From a virus, in IMG/VR virus record IMGVR_UViG_3300002520_000085, positions 1-64,000 of that record: a DNA stretch of 64,000 nucleotides. One strand, written 5' to 3'. The translations under genes and the position numbers were made by a program. The notes under the pieces were generated by a model. The model saw nothing but the letters and a program-made list of their open reading frames with translations. It made no database searches and was not told the origin of the DNA. Position 1 is the stretch's first letter; the number at the start of each line of letters is the position of its first letter. Positions 39,257 through 48,570 of this stretch are shown in pieces.

Positions 39257-39955
39257 TTAAGACAGGCTTCTTTCCAGATTTAGTTTTATTTTCTCCCAGC
39301 TAGGTAATACTTCGGCTAATGTTCTATAAAAATCTTTTGAATGATTGGGATGAATTAAATGGCAAAGCTCGTGCAGGATAACATACTCTATACAAGCCTT
39401 ATTTGCTTTTATCAACTCTGTATTCAATATGATATTGCCATTCATTGAGCAACTTCCCCAACGTTTTTTCATAAACCGATGAGTGAGTTTTATGTCATAA
39501 GTATTAAACTGTGGAAACTGAGAAAGTAATTGATCTAGCAATTCTTTGAAAACACTATCCGCCTTGCTTTTATAAAATTTTTGAATGATTTGTTCTATAT
39601 TATCATTTTTAGTTGTGATGGTAAACAAACCTTTCCCTAAATTAATATTGGTTTTATTTTGTTCCGTTTTATTAATCACCAATTTATACTGCCTTCCTAG
39701 ATAACGATGGGTTTCTCCAGGAATATATAATCTTTTTTTGGTAAATGGTCTGAACAATTCAAATGTGCGTTGTTGTTGCAAAATCCACTTAGATTTTGGT
39801 TTTATTTTTTCTACAATTTTTTCTATTGATGTATTTTTAGGAACTGTAATCTGGATATTACCTTCTGGAAAAACTCGTAAATCCATCGTCTTTCTGTCCG
39901 AATAAATAACTTCTGCTTCGATATTTTTCTTACCGTACTTATATTCAATCTTCAT
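39257..39955 (-). CDS. DUF45/M48-family zinc metallopeptidase (YgjP-like), Type I R-M associated
   Basis: HEXXH motif VILHELCHLIHPNHS; 232 aa; stop is 2 nt from the hsdR start. Confidence 0.65.
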   Translation of the reverse strand: MKIEYKYGKKNIEAEVIYSDRKTMDLRVFPEGNIQITVPKNTSIEKIVEKIKPKSKWILQQQRTFELFRPFTKKRLYIPGETHRYLGRQYKLVINKTEQNKTNINLGKGLFTITTKNDNIEQIIQKFYKSKADSVFKELLDQLLSQFPQFNTYDIKLTHRFMKKRWGSCSMNGNIILNTELIKANKACIEYVILHELCHLIHPNHSKDFYRTLAEVLPSWEKIKLNLERSLS

Positions 39956-39957
39956 CC

Positions 39958-42900
39958 TTAATCCATTTGCTTTTTAGCTATTTTAATCACTTCTTCTACA
40001 AAGTCATCTAAAATATCAAAAGGAATTTGATGATCCATTTCCAATGATAAGCTATAAAAATAGTCATCTAATTCACTCCAAATTTGCTTTTCAATTTCTT
40101 TGTTCAACTTCCAGTCAACGATAGCTCTATTGTTTTCTCTAGTTATATTTTTTATTAATTCTTTAATTTTTAAAGCAATTTCAGCATTTTGCAATCTATC
40201 TCCTAAAAATGTAAACAATTTCGCATTTATAAAATTATAAAATGCTACCGCTATTTTGTTTCCTTCAATTATTACTGGTACATCGTCTTGTTTTCCTGAT
40301 TGGAATCGTTCTTCAAAATCTTTCATTTTGTTTAGATATTCCGTTTCGTCAATACGACTTTGCTTATAATCCAAAATAGTTTCTTTTATTAACTCTGAAA
40401 GTTTTTTATAGAAAATAGGATCCTCATCCATTTTAATGGAAATCCCTTTTGAAGTACGTGCAGCAATATGATCTGCCTTTGCTGCTTTACCAATTAACTT
40501 TTCTACTTCTTCATCTCTCTCTTGTTTATTAAAAATATCAATAGGTTCTGTTATTCTTAGAACTTCACCATCTGTCGTAATGTGCTTATCAATCAGTTTT
40601 TGAACTTGAGTTTCATAAGCTTTAAAATCGATTTCATCATAGTACCTGCGTTTAACATCAATTCTTAACTGCACAAAAAACTTAATATCTTTTTTATACT
40701 TTTCAATAACAATATCATTTTTCACATCATTAAATTCTATGGTTGCCATTGCAAGACCAAAGAGCCTAACAAATTTGGATAGTTTTTCGTAAAATAAATG
40801 ACGTTGTTCTTCATCCCCTAAATGAACCGCATAAGCTTCGGTGTCGTATTTGTTTTTTATTCCTGAAAAAATATTCCAAACCTCTGAATGCGATTGTGGT
40901 AAATCTTTAATAATATCCTTTACATTCGTTACCGAACCTTTAACATCCTCTGGGTTCATTTCATCAGATCCGGAATAGATTTCTATTGCTTTATCTAAAT
41001 TTTCCAGGTTACCATAGTAATCTACAATTAGTCCATAATCTTTACCTTCAGCCAATCTATTAACTCTAGCAATCGCTTGCAAAAGAGTATGTTCCTTTAA
41101 GCTTCTTGTTAAATAAAGAACTCTATTTTTAGGAGCATCAAAACCTGTTAATAATTTATCTACTACAATAATAATTTCAGGATCATCTTGTTTCTTGAAA
41201 GCATTAATTATAGACTTTTCGTATTTTTCTTGAGTACCATATTTATCCATCATTGCTTTGTGAAATGATAAGACTAAATCTTCGTTTTCCTCAAAAGCAT
41301 CTTCGTGATTCTCACGAGTATCAGGAGCAGAAATAACAACATCTGAAGTCACCTTACCAATCTCATTAAGATATTTGCGGTATAAAATAGCTGTTGTCTT
41401 ATTAGGTGCCACCAACTGAGCTTTAAAACCAGTACCTTGAATGAAATTGACAAAATGCTCTGTTATGTCCCAAGCTCTATCATAAATTACTTGGTCTGCT
41501 TTATTAATGGCATTTTTGGAACTGTATTTTCTTTTTAAACCCGCTTTTCCATACTTCGTTAATGGTTCTGCTACTTTCTCAAAGAAATTATCAAGAGGCT
41601 TCTCATTTACAGTAATAGAATTGTGACGCCCTTCATAAAGTAAAGGAACGACAGCCCCATCTTCTACCGCATCTTTAATTGTATATTCATCTATTACCCC
41701 ACCAAATTTATCTGCTGTATTTTTTTCAGACTTCATTAAAGGCGTCCCAGTAAATGCAATAAAACATCCATTGGGGAAGGTTTTCTGCATTTTGACATTG
41801 AACGTTTTGTACTGACTACGGTGACCTTCGTCTATTAATACAAAAATCTCCGAAGAAGAAAACCCATCTGGCTCTTGATTGACTGCGGCTTTGAACTTAT
41901 TGATAATGGTAGTAATAACCGCATCTGACGTACTTTTCAATAATTCTATAAGATGCTTACCTGTGGCCGCTTCTTCCACAGGAATATTGCATTTCTGAAA
42001 AGTTTCTGTAATTTGAGAATTAAGATCTATACGGTCTGTAACTAATATTATTTTAGGATTTTTAATTTTTTTGCTCAAAGCAATTTGTTCCGCCAACATT
42101 ACCATTGTCAGCGATTTACCACTCCCTTGTGTATGCCAAATAACACCACCTTTTCTCTTACCAGAAGCCCCAATATCTTCAATTTGCTTAATGGTTTTTG
42201 TTATTCCATAATATTGCTGATATCTTGCTATCTTTTTAATACCTTCATCATATAGAATAAAACTAAACATCAACTCCAATAACCTTTTGGGATCACAAAT
42301 ACTGTATAGTAATTTGTCTTGTTCAGTAACCGCTACTTCTAACTTACCCAATTCTTTGAAATGCTTGATTGTGGGCCAATATCTTGTTTTAAAGATCTCT
42401 GTATGGCTATCGGTTGGCAGCTCTTGTTGTTTTAGATCGAATAAATTTTGAAAAAAAGACGCCTCTTTTTTAGCACTCGTAAACTTTTCTTTCCAAACCG
42501 ACCAGAATTTTGCAGGCGTAGCTGTTGTAGCATATTTAGCATCGCTTACCGCAAGTGATAAAAGTATATTAGAATAGACATATAAATCTCTGATACCATC
42601 TTCTTGTTGGTTGCGCAAATGTTGAGAAATCCCTTCTTCTACAGGCTGTTTTATCGAATTAGACTTACACTCTATAACCACCATAGGAATACCGTTTATA
42701 AACAGTACAATGTCTGGTCTATAACTGTCTGAACGATTAGAACGTGTTACCGAAAACTCCTCTGATACATGATAAGAATTGTTTTGTGGGTTTTCCCAGT
42801 CGATGTACTTGAAAGAATAGCTTTTACGGTCTTGATTAATGGTTTGGTCGAAACTTTTACCTAAAGTAATTAAATCATAAAAATGCTGGTTGGCATTAAT

Positions 42901-43167
42901 AAAACCCAGATGAAGTGGCAATTCTTTTAAAGTTTCGATAGCCAAGTCTATGTTACTCTCTGAAAAGTCGTGAGTCTGCCCTTTATAATCTATTTTATTG
43001 TTTTTTTTGAGCTGTTCTCTAAGTATATCGGTGAGGATTACATTCGTTTTTCTGTTGTCACGAAGCTCTAAAGCTTGATCGGGAGCTATATAAGTATAAC
43101 CCATTTTTATCAGCATTTGCAATGCTGGTATTTGACTTATATGATCTTCTGTGTATGATGGTGTCAT
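39958..43167 (-). CDS. hsdR: Type I restriction enzyme R subunit (HsdR)
   Basis: Walker A GSGKSLTMVMLAEQ, DEAH-box VLIDEGHRSQ, helicase motifs, 1069 aa. Confidence 0.9.
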   Translation of the reverse strand: MTPSYTEDHISQIPALQMLIKMGYTYIAPDQALELRDNRKTNVILTDILREQLKKNNKIDYKGQTHDFSESNIDLAIETLKELPLHLGFINANQHFYDLITLGKSFDQTINQDRKSYSFKYIDWENPQNNSYHVSEEFSVTRSNRSDSYRPDIVLFINGIPMVVIECKSNSIKQPVEEGISQHLRNQQEDGIRDLYVYSNILLSLAVSDAKYATTATPAKFWSVWKEKFTSAKKEASFFQNLFDLKQQELPTDSHTEIFKTRYWPTIKHFKELGKLEVAVTEQDKLLYSICDPKRLLELMFSFILYDEGIKKIARYQQYYGITKTIKQIEDIGASGKRKGGVIWHTQGSGKSLTMVMLAEQIALSKKIKNPKIILVTDRIDLNSQITETFQKCNIPVEEAATGKHLIELLKSTSDAVITTIINKFKAAVNQEPDGFSSSEIFVLIDEGHRSQYKTFNVKMQKTFPNGCFIAFTGTPLMKSEKNTADKFGGVIDEYTIKDAVEDGAVVPLLYEGRHNSITVNEKPLDNFFEKVAEPLTKYGKAGLKRKYSSKNAINKADQVIYDRAWDITEHFVNFIQGTGFKAQLVAPNKTTAILYRKYLNEIGKVTSDVVISAPDTRENHEDAFEENEDLVLSFHKAMMDKYGTQEKYEKSIINAFKKQDDPEIIIVVDKLLTGFDAPKNRVLYLTRSLKEHTLLQAIARVNRLAEGKDYGLIVDYYGNLENLDKAIEIYSGSDEMNPEDVKGSVTNVKDIIKDLPQSHSEVWNIFSGIKNKYDTEAYAVHLGDEEQRHLFYEKLSKFVRLFGLAMATIEFNDVKNDIVIEKYKKDIKFFVQLRIDVKRRYYDEIDFKAYETQVQKLIDKHITTDGEVLRITEPIDIFNKQERDEEVEKLIGKAAKADHIAARTSKGISIKMDEDPIFYKKLSELIKETILDYKQSRIDETEYLNKMKDFEERFQSGKQDDVPVIIEGNKIAVAFYNFINAKLFTFLGDRLQNAEIALKIKELIKNITRENNRAIVDWKLNKEIEKQIWSELDDYFYSLSLEMDHQIPFDILDDFVEEVIKIAKKQMD

Positions 43168-43203
43168 TTATAATATTGGTTTGGTTCAATAGTATTTTTA
43201 TAA

Positions 43204-44337
43204 TTATGCTGATTGATGAACAATATCAATCGCTTTCACAAAACCTCCAAGTTCTCTATTTTGGTCGAATATAGTCATCGATAAATCTGCTTTAGGCATC
43301 CACACACGACCTAGTTGAACAGCTAAAGAAACAGGCATTGCAGGAAAAATATTTAATATAGCTTCTTGACCGTGTAATCTTTTAATTTCTCTATAAGCTT
43401 CTTTCATTTTTTCTCCAAAATCTGTAATCTGTTTACGTGATTTTACGAAGTCGTTATCCGGATGATCTATTTTGATGCTGTATATAGAGGTATCATCTCC
43501 TAAAACAGAAGTTATACGATCATCTGTAATTGTATCACTTAATTCAATCTTTAAAGCAATATTTGTTTTGACTTCTGCTGCTAGTTCTAAGTTATATACC
43601 GTATCGATATCAGCTTCAAAATTCCAAGTATCTGGATTTCTCCTTTTTTGACGTACATCTACAGAATAGATATCATTTAACATTGTTCCTAATTTCATTA
43701 AAATAGGCATAGGCCCAAATGGAAACAATGAAATATGCTTTATCTCTCCACTGTTTAATAATGGAAATAAAAAACGTTCAAATTTTTGATTAAGATTCCT
43801 TAATTCATCAATCCAAAAATTTGGATCTGAATCTTTATTTAAAGAATTAATGACCCCTAAATCAATATTTTTAGCTTCGGCTGGATAATAATCAGGAGCT
43901 AAAAATTGACTAACAATACTATATTGAACATTGGGTGTGTGAACTCCGATATTCATATTCAATGTTACAATATGACTTTGTTTATCTGGAGCAATTGCAC
44001 AAGCATTTGCAATACGATTTTCGTGCTCCGTTTTCATTTCTACTAATAAACTTTCAGGATTACCTGCAACATCATCCCTATCAATCAAGCGATGGTGTGT
44101 ATCGCATAATAACATTAAATTTGAAATATCATCGGCCAATTGTACAGATCTTGTACTACAACCACGTGGTCCACCTGGACTATCGGCCACGATATGAGCT
44201 ATATATGATTGATTGAAATTTCTTTTCGTTAAAATGTCAGTATGTAGAATTTTATTACAACCTCTGTATTGGCATCTACCACCAGAGATAGACCAAAGCA
44301 TGTATTTATTTTTATCTGAAATAGATGTCACACTCAT
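43204..44337 (-). CDS. HNH nuclease fusion protein (N-terminal HNH, ~250-aa C-terminal domain of unknown function) between hsdS and hsdR
   Basis: CQYRGCNKILH...AHIVADSPGGPRG...NLMLLCDTHHRLID is a canonical HNH. ATGA overlap with the hsdS stop; 36 nt from the hsdR start. Confidence 0.65.
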   Translation of the reverse strand: MSVTSISDKNKYMLWSISGGRCQYRGCNKILHTDILTKRNFNQSYIAHIVADSPGGPRGCSTRSVQLADDISNLMLLCDTHHRLIDRDDVAGNPESLLVEMKTEHENRIANACAIAPDKQSHIVTLNMNIGVHTPNVQYSIVSQFLAPDYYPAEAKNIDLGVINSLNKDSDPNFWIDELRNLNQKFERFLFPLLNSGEIKHISLFPFGPMPILMKLGTMLNDIYSVDVRQKRRNPDTWNFEADIDTVYNLELAAEVKTNIALKIELSDTITDDRITSVLGDDTSIYSIKIDHPDNDFVKSRKQITDFGEKMKEAYREIKRLHGQEAILNIFPAMPVSLAVQLGRVWMPKADLSMTIFDQNRELGGFVKAIDIVHQSA

Positions 44338-45533
44338 ACCGTACGTACTTTACCGGTTAATAATTGCTGCATTAATCCTTTCTTTTGAAGTTTTAAAGCC
44401 TCTAATTTTTGTTGGTATTGTTTTACTTCTTGGTTGGCTGTATTTAGGATTTCTGCAATGGCATTTTGTTCTTCTAATGATGGATTTGGTAAAATAATCG
44501 TTGAAAAATCATCGTAACTAATATTTTTACCGTCTCTGATACCAATTACAGCAACTGATAAGCGTCCAATTAAATCTTCACTTTTGAAATAATATTTATA
44601 AAAATCATCATTAATTGGATTAATCGATTTTAAAACAGTATAAGCTGGACTTACAAGTCCTGTATATTCAGAATATTCAATACCACCTTGGAATGATCTT
44701 AAGCTAATTACAAAATCACCTTTTTCAACTAATTTATATGTCTTTAAACTACCAGAAGGCATTGTTACACGAGTTTCAATCATATCTCGAGGAATCATAC
44801 CAAATTCTTGAGTTGCTGATAATAATACTGAATCCTCTGGGTTATTTTTTATCGAAACACTTTTAAAAAGTTCATTCGCTAAAGATTTTATAAATTCTTT
44901 ACCCTCAAATCCTTTCACGCGCTTTTTACCTGTCAACAACGAAAACGCTAACGCCTTATTTCTAGCTTCTAGTTTTTTGATAATGGAATCGGTTTCTTGG
45001 ATGGCTTTATCCCACGTAGACAATACATCGGCAATTTTTTGTTGCTCTGGTAGTGGTGGAAGTGGGATATCAAAATCATTAATTGCTTTTGTGTCCAAAA
45101 ATGGTTGTGCTGCACCAACAAATGCTTTTTGTTTTTGCTGTTCAATGTAATTTGATTGTAAACTTAAAAAGATATATGATTTATTTTGATTTGCATTTAC
45201 TCTAATTCTTGGGGCGTTATAGCTATGTGGCAAATTAAACCATTCACATTTAGGTAGAAAAACAGCTCCAGCTGTAGCACCAGTTCCTGCAAATAAAATA
45301 TCTCTCTCATTCAAAAGAAAGTTATTTATGTTTTCAAAATCTTTTATGTAAACTGGTTTATCTTCAAAAAAATCATTAATGCGTATAAAGCGTATGCCTT
45401 CTTCATTAACATATTCTAAATATTGAGAACCAGCACCTCTTTTAACTTGCCCAATATCTTTTATTTTTACTAATTCCCAATCTGTAGGGATAGGTCCGAT
45501 GGATGTATTTTTATATTGTGTTGTTTTTATCAT
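44334..45533 (-). CDS. hsdS: Type I R-M specificity subunit (HsdS), two target-recognition domains
   Basis: Conserved repeats LPPLPEQQKIADVLSTWDKAIQ and LPNPSLEEQNAIAEILNTANQEV, 399 aa. Confidence 0.85.
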   Translation of the reverse strand: MIKTTQYKNTSIGPIPTDWELVKIKDIGQVKRGAGSQYLEYVNEEGIRFIRINDFFEDKPVYIKDFENINNFLLNERDILFAGTGATAGAVFLPKCEWFNLPHSYNAPRIRVNANQNKSYIFLSLQSNYIEQQKQKAFVGAAQPFLDTKAINDFDIPLPPLPEQQKIADVLSTWDKAIQETDSIIKKLEARNKALAFSLLTGKKRVKGFEGKEFIKSLANELFKSVSIKNNPEDSVLLSATQEFGMIPRDMIETRVTMPSGSLKTYKLVEKGDFVISLRSFQGGIEYSEYTGLVSPAYTVLKSINPINDDFYKYYFKSEDLIGRLSVAVIGIRDGKNISYDDFSTIILPNPSLEEQNAIAEILNTANQEVKQYQQKLEALKLQKKGLMQQLLTGKVRTV

Positions 45534-45546
45534 TTTTGTAATGTTT

Positions 45547-46329
45547 TTATGCTAGGTCTTGGTCTGTAATCGTAAAAACAGACTTTATTGCATGTAGTGC
45601 ATCTTCGCTTTTTGCGCCTTTCATTCCCATTGCTTTAAACACATCGGGTGTAGGTAAATCCTCTTTTATCATTTTAAGGAATTCTATCATCAGCTCTTTG
45701 ATGGGTTTTGGCAATTCAAAACGCTCTTCTCCAGTAAATAGCAAAGCTAATTTGAGGCAATCGTTTTTATGCTTTTTTAGGTGTTTGCTGTCTTCTTTGC
45801 TTCCATTAGCAATACGCCCCGTAATGTCTAAATATGCTTTTGCCTTTAAAGCAATTAAAGCTTCTGTATTTGCACGATGCACATCTGACACGATCACACT
45901 ATGTTCTCTAATAAATTGATAGAAGGTGTCGTCTAATAAAATGGCAGATAAGCTACTTAAATCATCATCTGCCGGAATAGGCGTTAAGTGCATCTCAGGA
46001 TCTAATTCAATCAAATCTGGTTTACGTGAAAACAATTCTATCTGCTGTGGAAAATCTTCGTTTTCCGGATCCATAAATCGATAGTATTGGCGTTCGTCGC
46101 TGCTTATTTCTTTTCGGTTGTAATTGCCCTCTTTTATAAATTGCCAAAATTTTTTTAAGAATTCCGGATTTAAAGCTTCTATCACTAAAATGATGTCAAT
46201 ATCTTTTGTGGCACGAGCTACTAATCCTTCATCTTCTATTATCATATCGCAAGCAGTACCACCGATAATGATATAATTATCTGGAAACGCAGCAAAATAT
46301 GCTTTAAATTGTTCTATGCCTTTTACCAT
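45547..46329 (-). CDS. AbiEii/MenT-like (DUF1814) nucleotidyltransferase toxin candidate
   Basis: IIGGTACDMI...ATKDIDIILVIE fits the GGTAL...DIDF pattern of the AbiEii NTase family. 260 aa. 7-nt overlap with the upstream gene. Confidence 0.45.
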   Translation of the reverse strand: MVKGIEQFKAYFAAFPDNYIIIGGTACDMIIEDEGLVARATKDIDIILVIEALNPEFLKKFWQFIKEGNYNRKEISSDERQYYRFMDPENEDFPQQIELFSRKPDLIELDPEMHLTPIPADDDLSSLSAILLDDTFYQFIREHSVIVSDVHRANTEALIALKAKAYLDITGRIANGSKEDSKHLKKHKNDCLKLALLFTGEERFELPKPIKELMIEFLKMIKEDLPTPDVFKAMGMKGAKSEDALHAIKSVFTITDQDLA

Positions 46330-47366
46330 ATAAATCGATTGATTAAGTGTTCTAATTCCATTTGCACACGTTCGTCTTGATCTTCTTTATAGGTTAAGAA
46401 TAAAGAGATTGGATCGACCTTGTCGTATGCTGATTGACTGATTCTGTTGATGAAACTTGGATCGTATTTCCATATTTGAAATAGATATTCTCCACCAAAT
46501 TCATTGAATGTATTGGGTTGGTTATTCTTCTTGATTAAGTTAAATGTTTGATTATCTATAGCAAAAGCCATTTGATTGCTTGGGTTTATATTGGTGTACT
46601 CCGTTAAGGCAGTATTTCCTGCTTTTAATAATGGTAAATTCCAATTGAAATTATATGCTACAAAATACTCTTTAGCAATGGGATTGATAAAAATGTTGTT
46701 TTGTAGTCCTTTTTCCCACAATGTTTTTCTATCGAATTTGAATTGGAACATTTTATAACGACCACGCTGTACGATTTCTATTAATTCTAATTCGGCTAAA
46801 TTTTCGACTGCACGAGAAACGTTGATGGTATTTACCTGAAATTGGTTTGCAATTTCTTTTAATGGAATATCTTCGATTGTATATCGATTATTTGTATTCA
46901 GCAAATGTGCAATGACTAATACCTGAGCAAAAGGTTGCAAGGTTTGTGCAGTACGACCTTTTGTTTGGTATCTGTATTCTGTAAAATCGATGAATACGTA
47001 TGGTATATACAGTTGCTTAAACGGTACGATAAATGCTCGTTTTTTTTCGATTAATCGTTTACGATTATAGGCTTCCATTTCGTCCACACAAAGAATAATG
47101 GGTTGATTAATTCTTTCTTCAATATTTGCTAGTTGTGTGTCTATGGCTGCAATTGTAAACTCGTCATCCGTTTCTGCATAGGCAATGACGAATTTTTTAT
47201 TTAACATCAACAACTCGTACCACTCATAGGCATTACGTAAATATATGGGTAATTGATTAAGGATATCCTTGCTTAAAGGGCTTACCTCGCAATGAATTCC
47301 TATCGTTTCGTTGATGTAATTTTTTAGCTGAATCATAATACTAACATTAAAATTGCACGATAACAA
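46323..47366 (-). CDS. AbiEi-like / wHTH-containing putative cognate antitoxin-regulator
   Basis: wHTH-like KEIANQFQVNTINVSRAVENLAELELIEIVQRGRY; overlaps the downstream NTase gene; 347 aa. Confidence 0.3.
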   Translation of the reverse strand: MLSCNFNVSIMIQLKNYINETIGIHCEVSPLSKDILNQLPIYLRNAYEWYELLMLNKKFVIAYAETDDEFTIAAIDTQLANIEERINQPIILCVDEMEAYNRKRLIEKKRAFIVPFKQLYIPYVFIDFTEYRYQTKGRTAQTLQPFAQVLVIAHLLNTNNRYTIEDIPLKEIANQFQVNTINVSRAVENLAELELIEIVQRGRYKMFQFKFDRKTLWEKGLQNNIFINPIAKEYFVAYNFNWNLPLLKAGNTALTEYTNINPSNQMAFAIDNQTFNLIKKNNQPNTFNEFGGEYLFQIWKYDPSFINRISQSAYDKVDPISLFLTYKEDQDERVQMELEHLINRFIW

Positions 47367-47401
47367 ATATAATGTTATTATGCAGAAAAAGCGTTACTAA
47401 T

Positions 47402-48136
47402 TTAAAAATGAATTATTTTGTTGCAATCCTTAATTTCCGAAGACTTATCCAATTGATTGGTAATTAAGCTCGTGTTCCTTATATTTATCATCTCATTGGC
47501 TGTATGTGTATGACCATAAATCCAATACAGTGGTTGGTATTTTACAATCAAATCCTCTAAAGAAGATCCATAAACAGTACTGAAATTTTCTTGTTCCGGA
47601 ATAGATAACATTACAGGACAATGATGTGTTACTACGATGGTTTTACTGGGATTTGCAGTTTGAAATTTATGCTCCAAAAAACTCAATGCATCGTTATGAA
47701 ATGCATTATAATCGAACGCATCTATATAATCCTCTTGGTTTTTAATGTATTTAAAATCGTTGATGTGATATTGTAAAAACCATCTTTTGTTTAGGTCTAC
47801 ATTAGACCATAAAGTAGAGCAAATCAATTCATAATCCTCTAGCAACACCGATTGGTTATTGATTAAAAATACATTTTCTCGAATGGGAATATTACAGGAT
47901 TGATATGATTGGTAATCTGAGCCATAAAATTCATGATTTCCAGGAATCCAAAAAACTTTAGTAAAAGCCTGACTGATATGATCTAGAAAAAAATTAATTT
48001 GATCGATCTGGTTTAATGGTATAATATCGCCCGCAAGAACTAAATAATCCGCACAAGGTTGAACAGGATATTTTTTAAAAAACATCCTGTTGTTAAGTGA
48101 TTCTAAATGAAGATCTGAAATGTATTGTATTTTCAT
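47402..48136 (-). CDS. calcineurin-like metallophosphoesterase
   Basis: MPP motifs SDLHLE, LAGDI, GNHEF, VTHH, GHTH. 244 aa. ATGA overlap with the upstream 144-aa gene. Confidence 0.8.
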   Translation of the reverse strand: MKIQYISDLHLESLNNRMFFKKYPVQPCADYLVLAGDIIPLNQIDQINFFLDHISQAFTKVFWIPGNHEFYGSDYQSYQSCNIPIRENVFLINNQSVLLEDYELICSTLWSNVDLNKRWFLQYHINDFKYIKNQEDYIDAFDYNAFHNDALSFLEHKFQTANPSKTIVVTHHCPVMLSIPEQENFSTVYGSSLEDLIVKYQPLYWIYGHTHTANEMINIRNTSLITNQLDKSSEIKDCNKIIHF

Positions 48137-48570
48137 TATTTTTTTGAATTACCGTGTTCTACACCACCACCATGCCATTCGCCAGTTACTAACCAAATTT
48201 CGTAATGATATAGCCATTCTATTGCCCATGGAATAATTGTACTTGCAATCATTTTACCTTCATGCCACTCCTTATCTTTAGGATAATATAAACACAACTC
48301 TTGTAAATCATGATTGTATACATGCTTGAGTCTGGTTTCGTTTTCAGGTAAACTTAATTTCTCAGGATTAACAACAAATGTTTTTGGTTTGCTACTCACT
48401 TCATAAATTATCTTAACTGTATATTTATCTCCCAGAGGAGATGACTTTAGTACACCTTCCCAAGTAAATCCCTTATTCTTGTTAAGAATTAATTTCGATT
48501 CAGGATAATACTGTTTTAATAAACGTAGTTGTTCTTTTAAAGGTATTTTATTAATCTTCTTCAATACCAA
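48136..48570 (-). CDS. hypothetical 144-aa protein in the NTase-phosphoesterase cassette
   Basis: ORF overlapping both neighbours; no recognisable motif. Confidence 0.5.
   Translation of the reverse strand: MVLKKINKIPLKEQLRLLKQYYPESKLILNKNKGFTWEGVLKSSPLGDKYTVKIIYEVSSKPKTFVVNPEKLSLPENETRLKHVYNHDLQELCLYYPKDKEWHEGKMIASTIIPWAIEWLYHYEIWLVTGEWHGGGVEHGNSKK

Noticed and set aside
45547-46329. Second CD-NTase (CBASS cyclase) call for the 260-aa NTase
   Set aside because: The motif GGTA...DIDI and the ~260-aa size fit DUF1814 AbiEii/MenT toxins better than cGAS-like enzymes. There is no h-D-h-LPA third-Asp motif.
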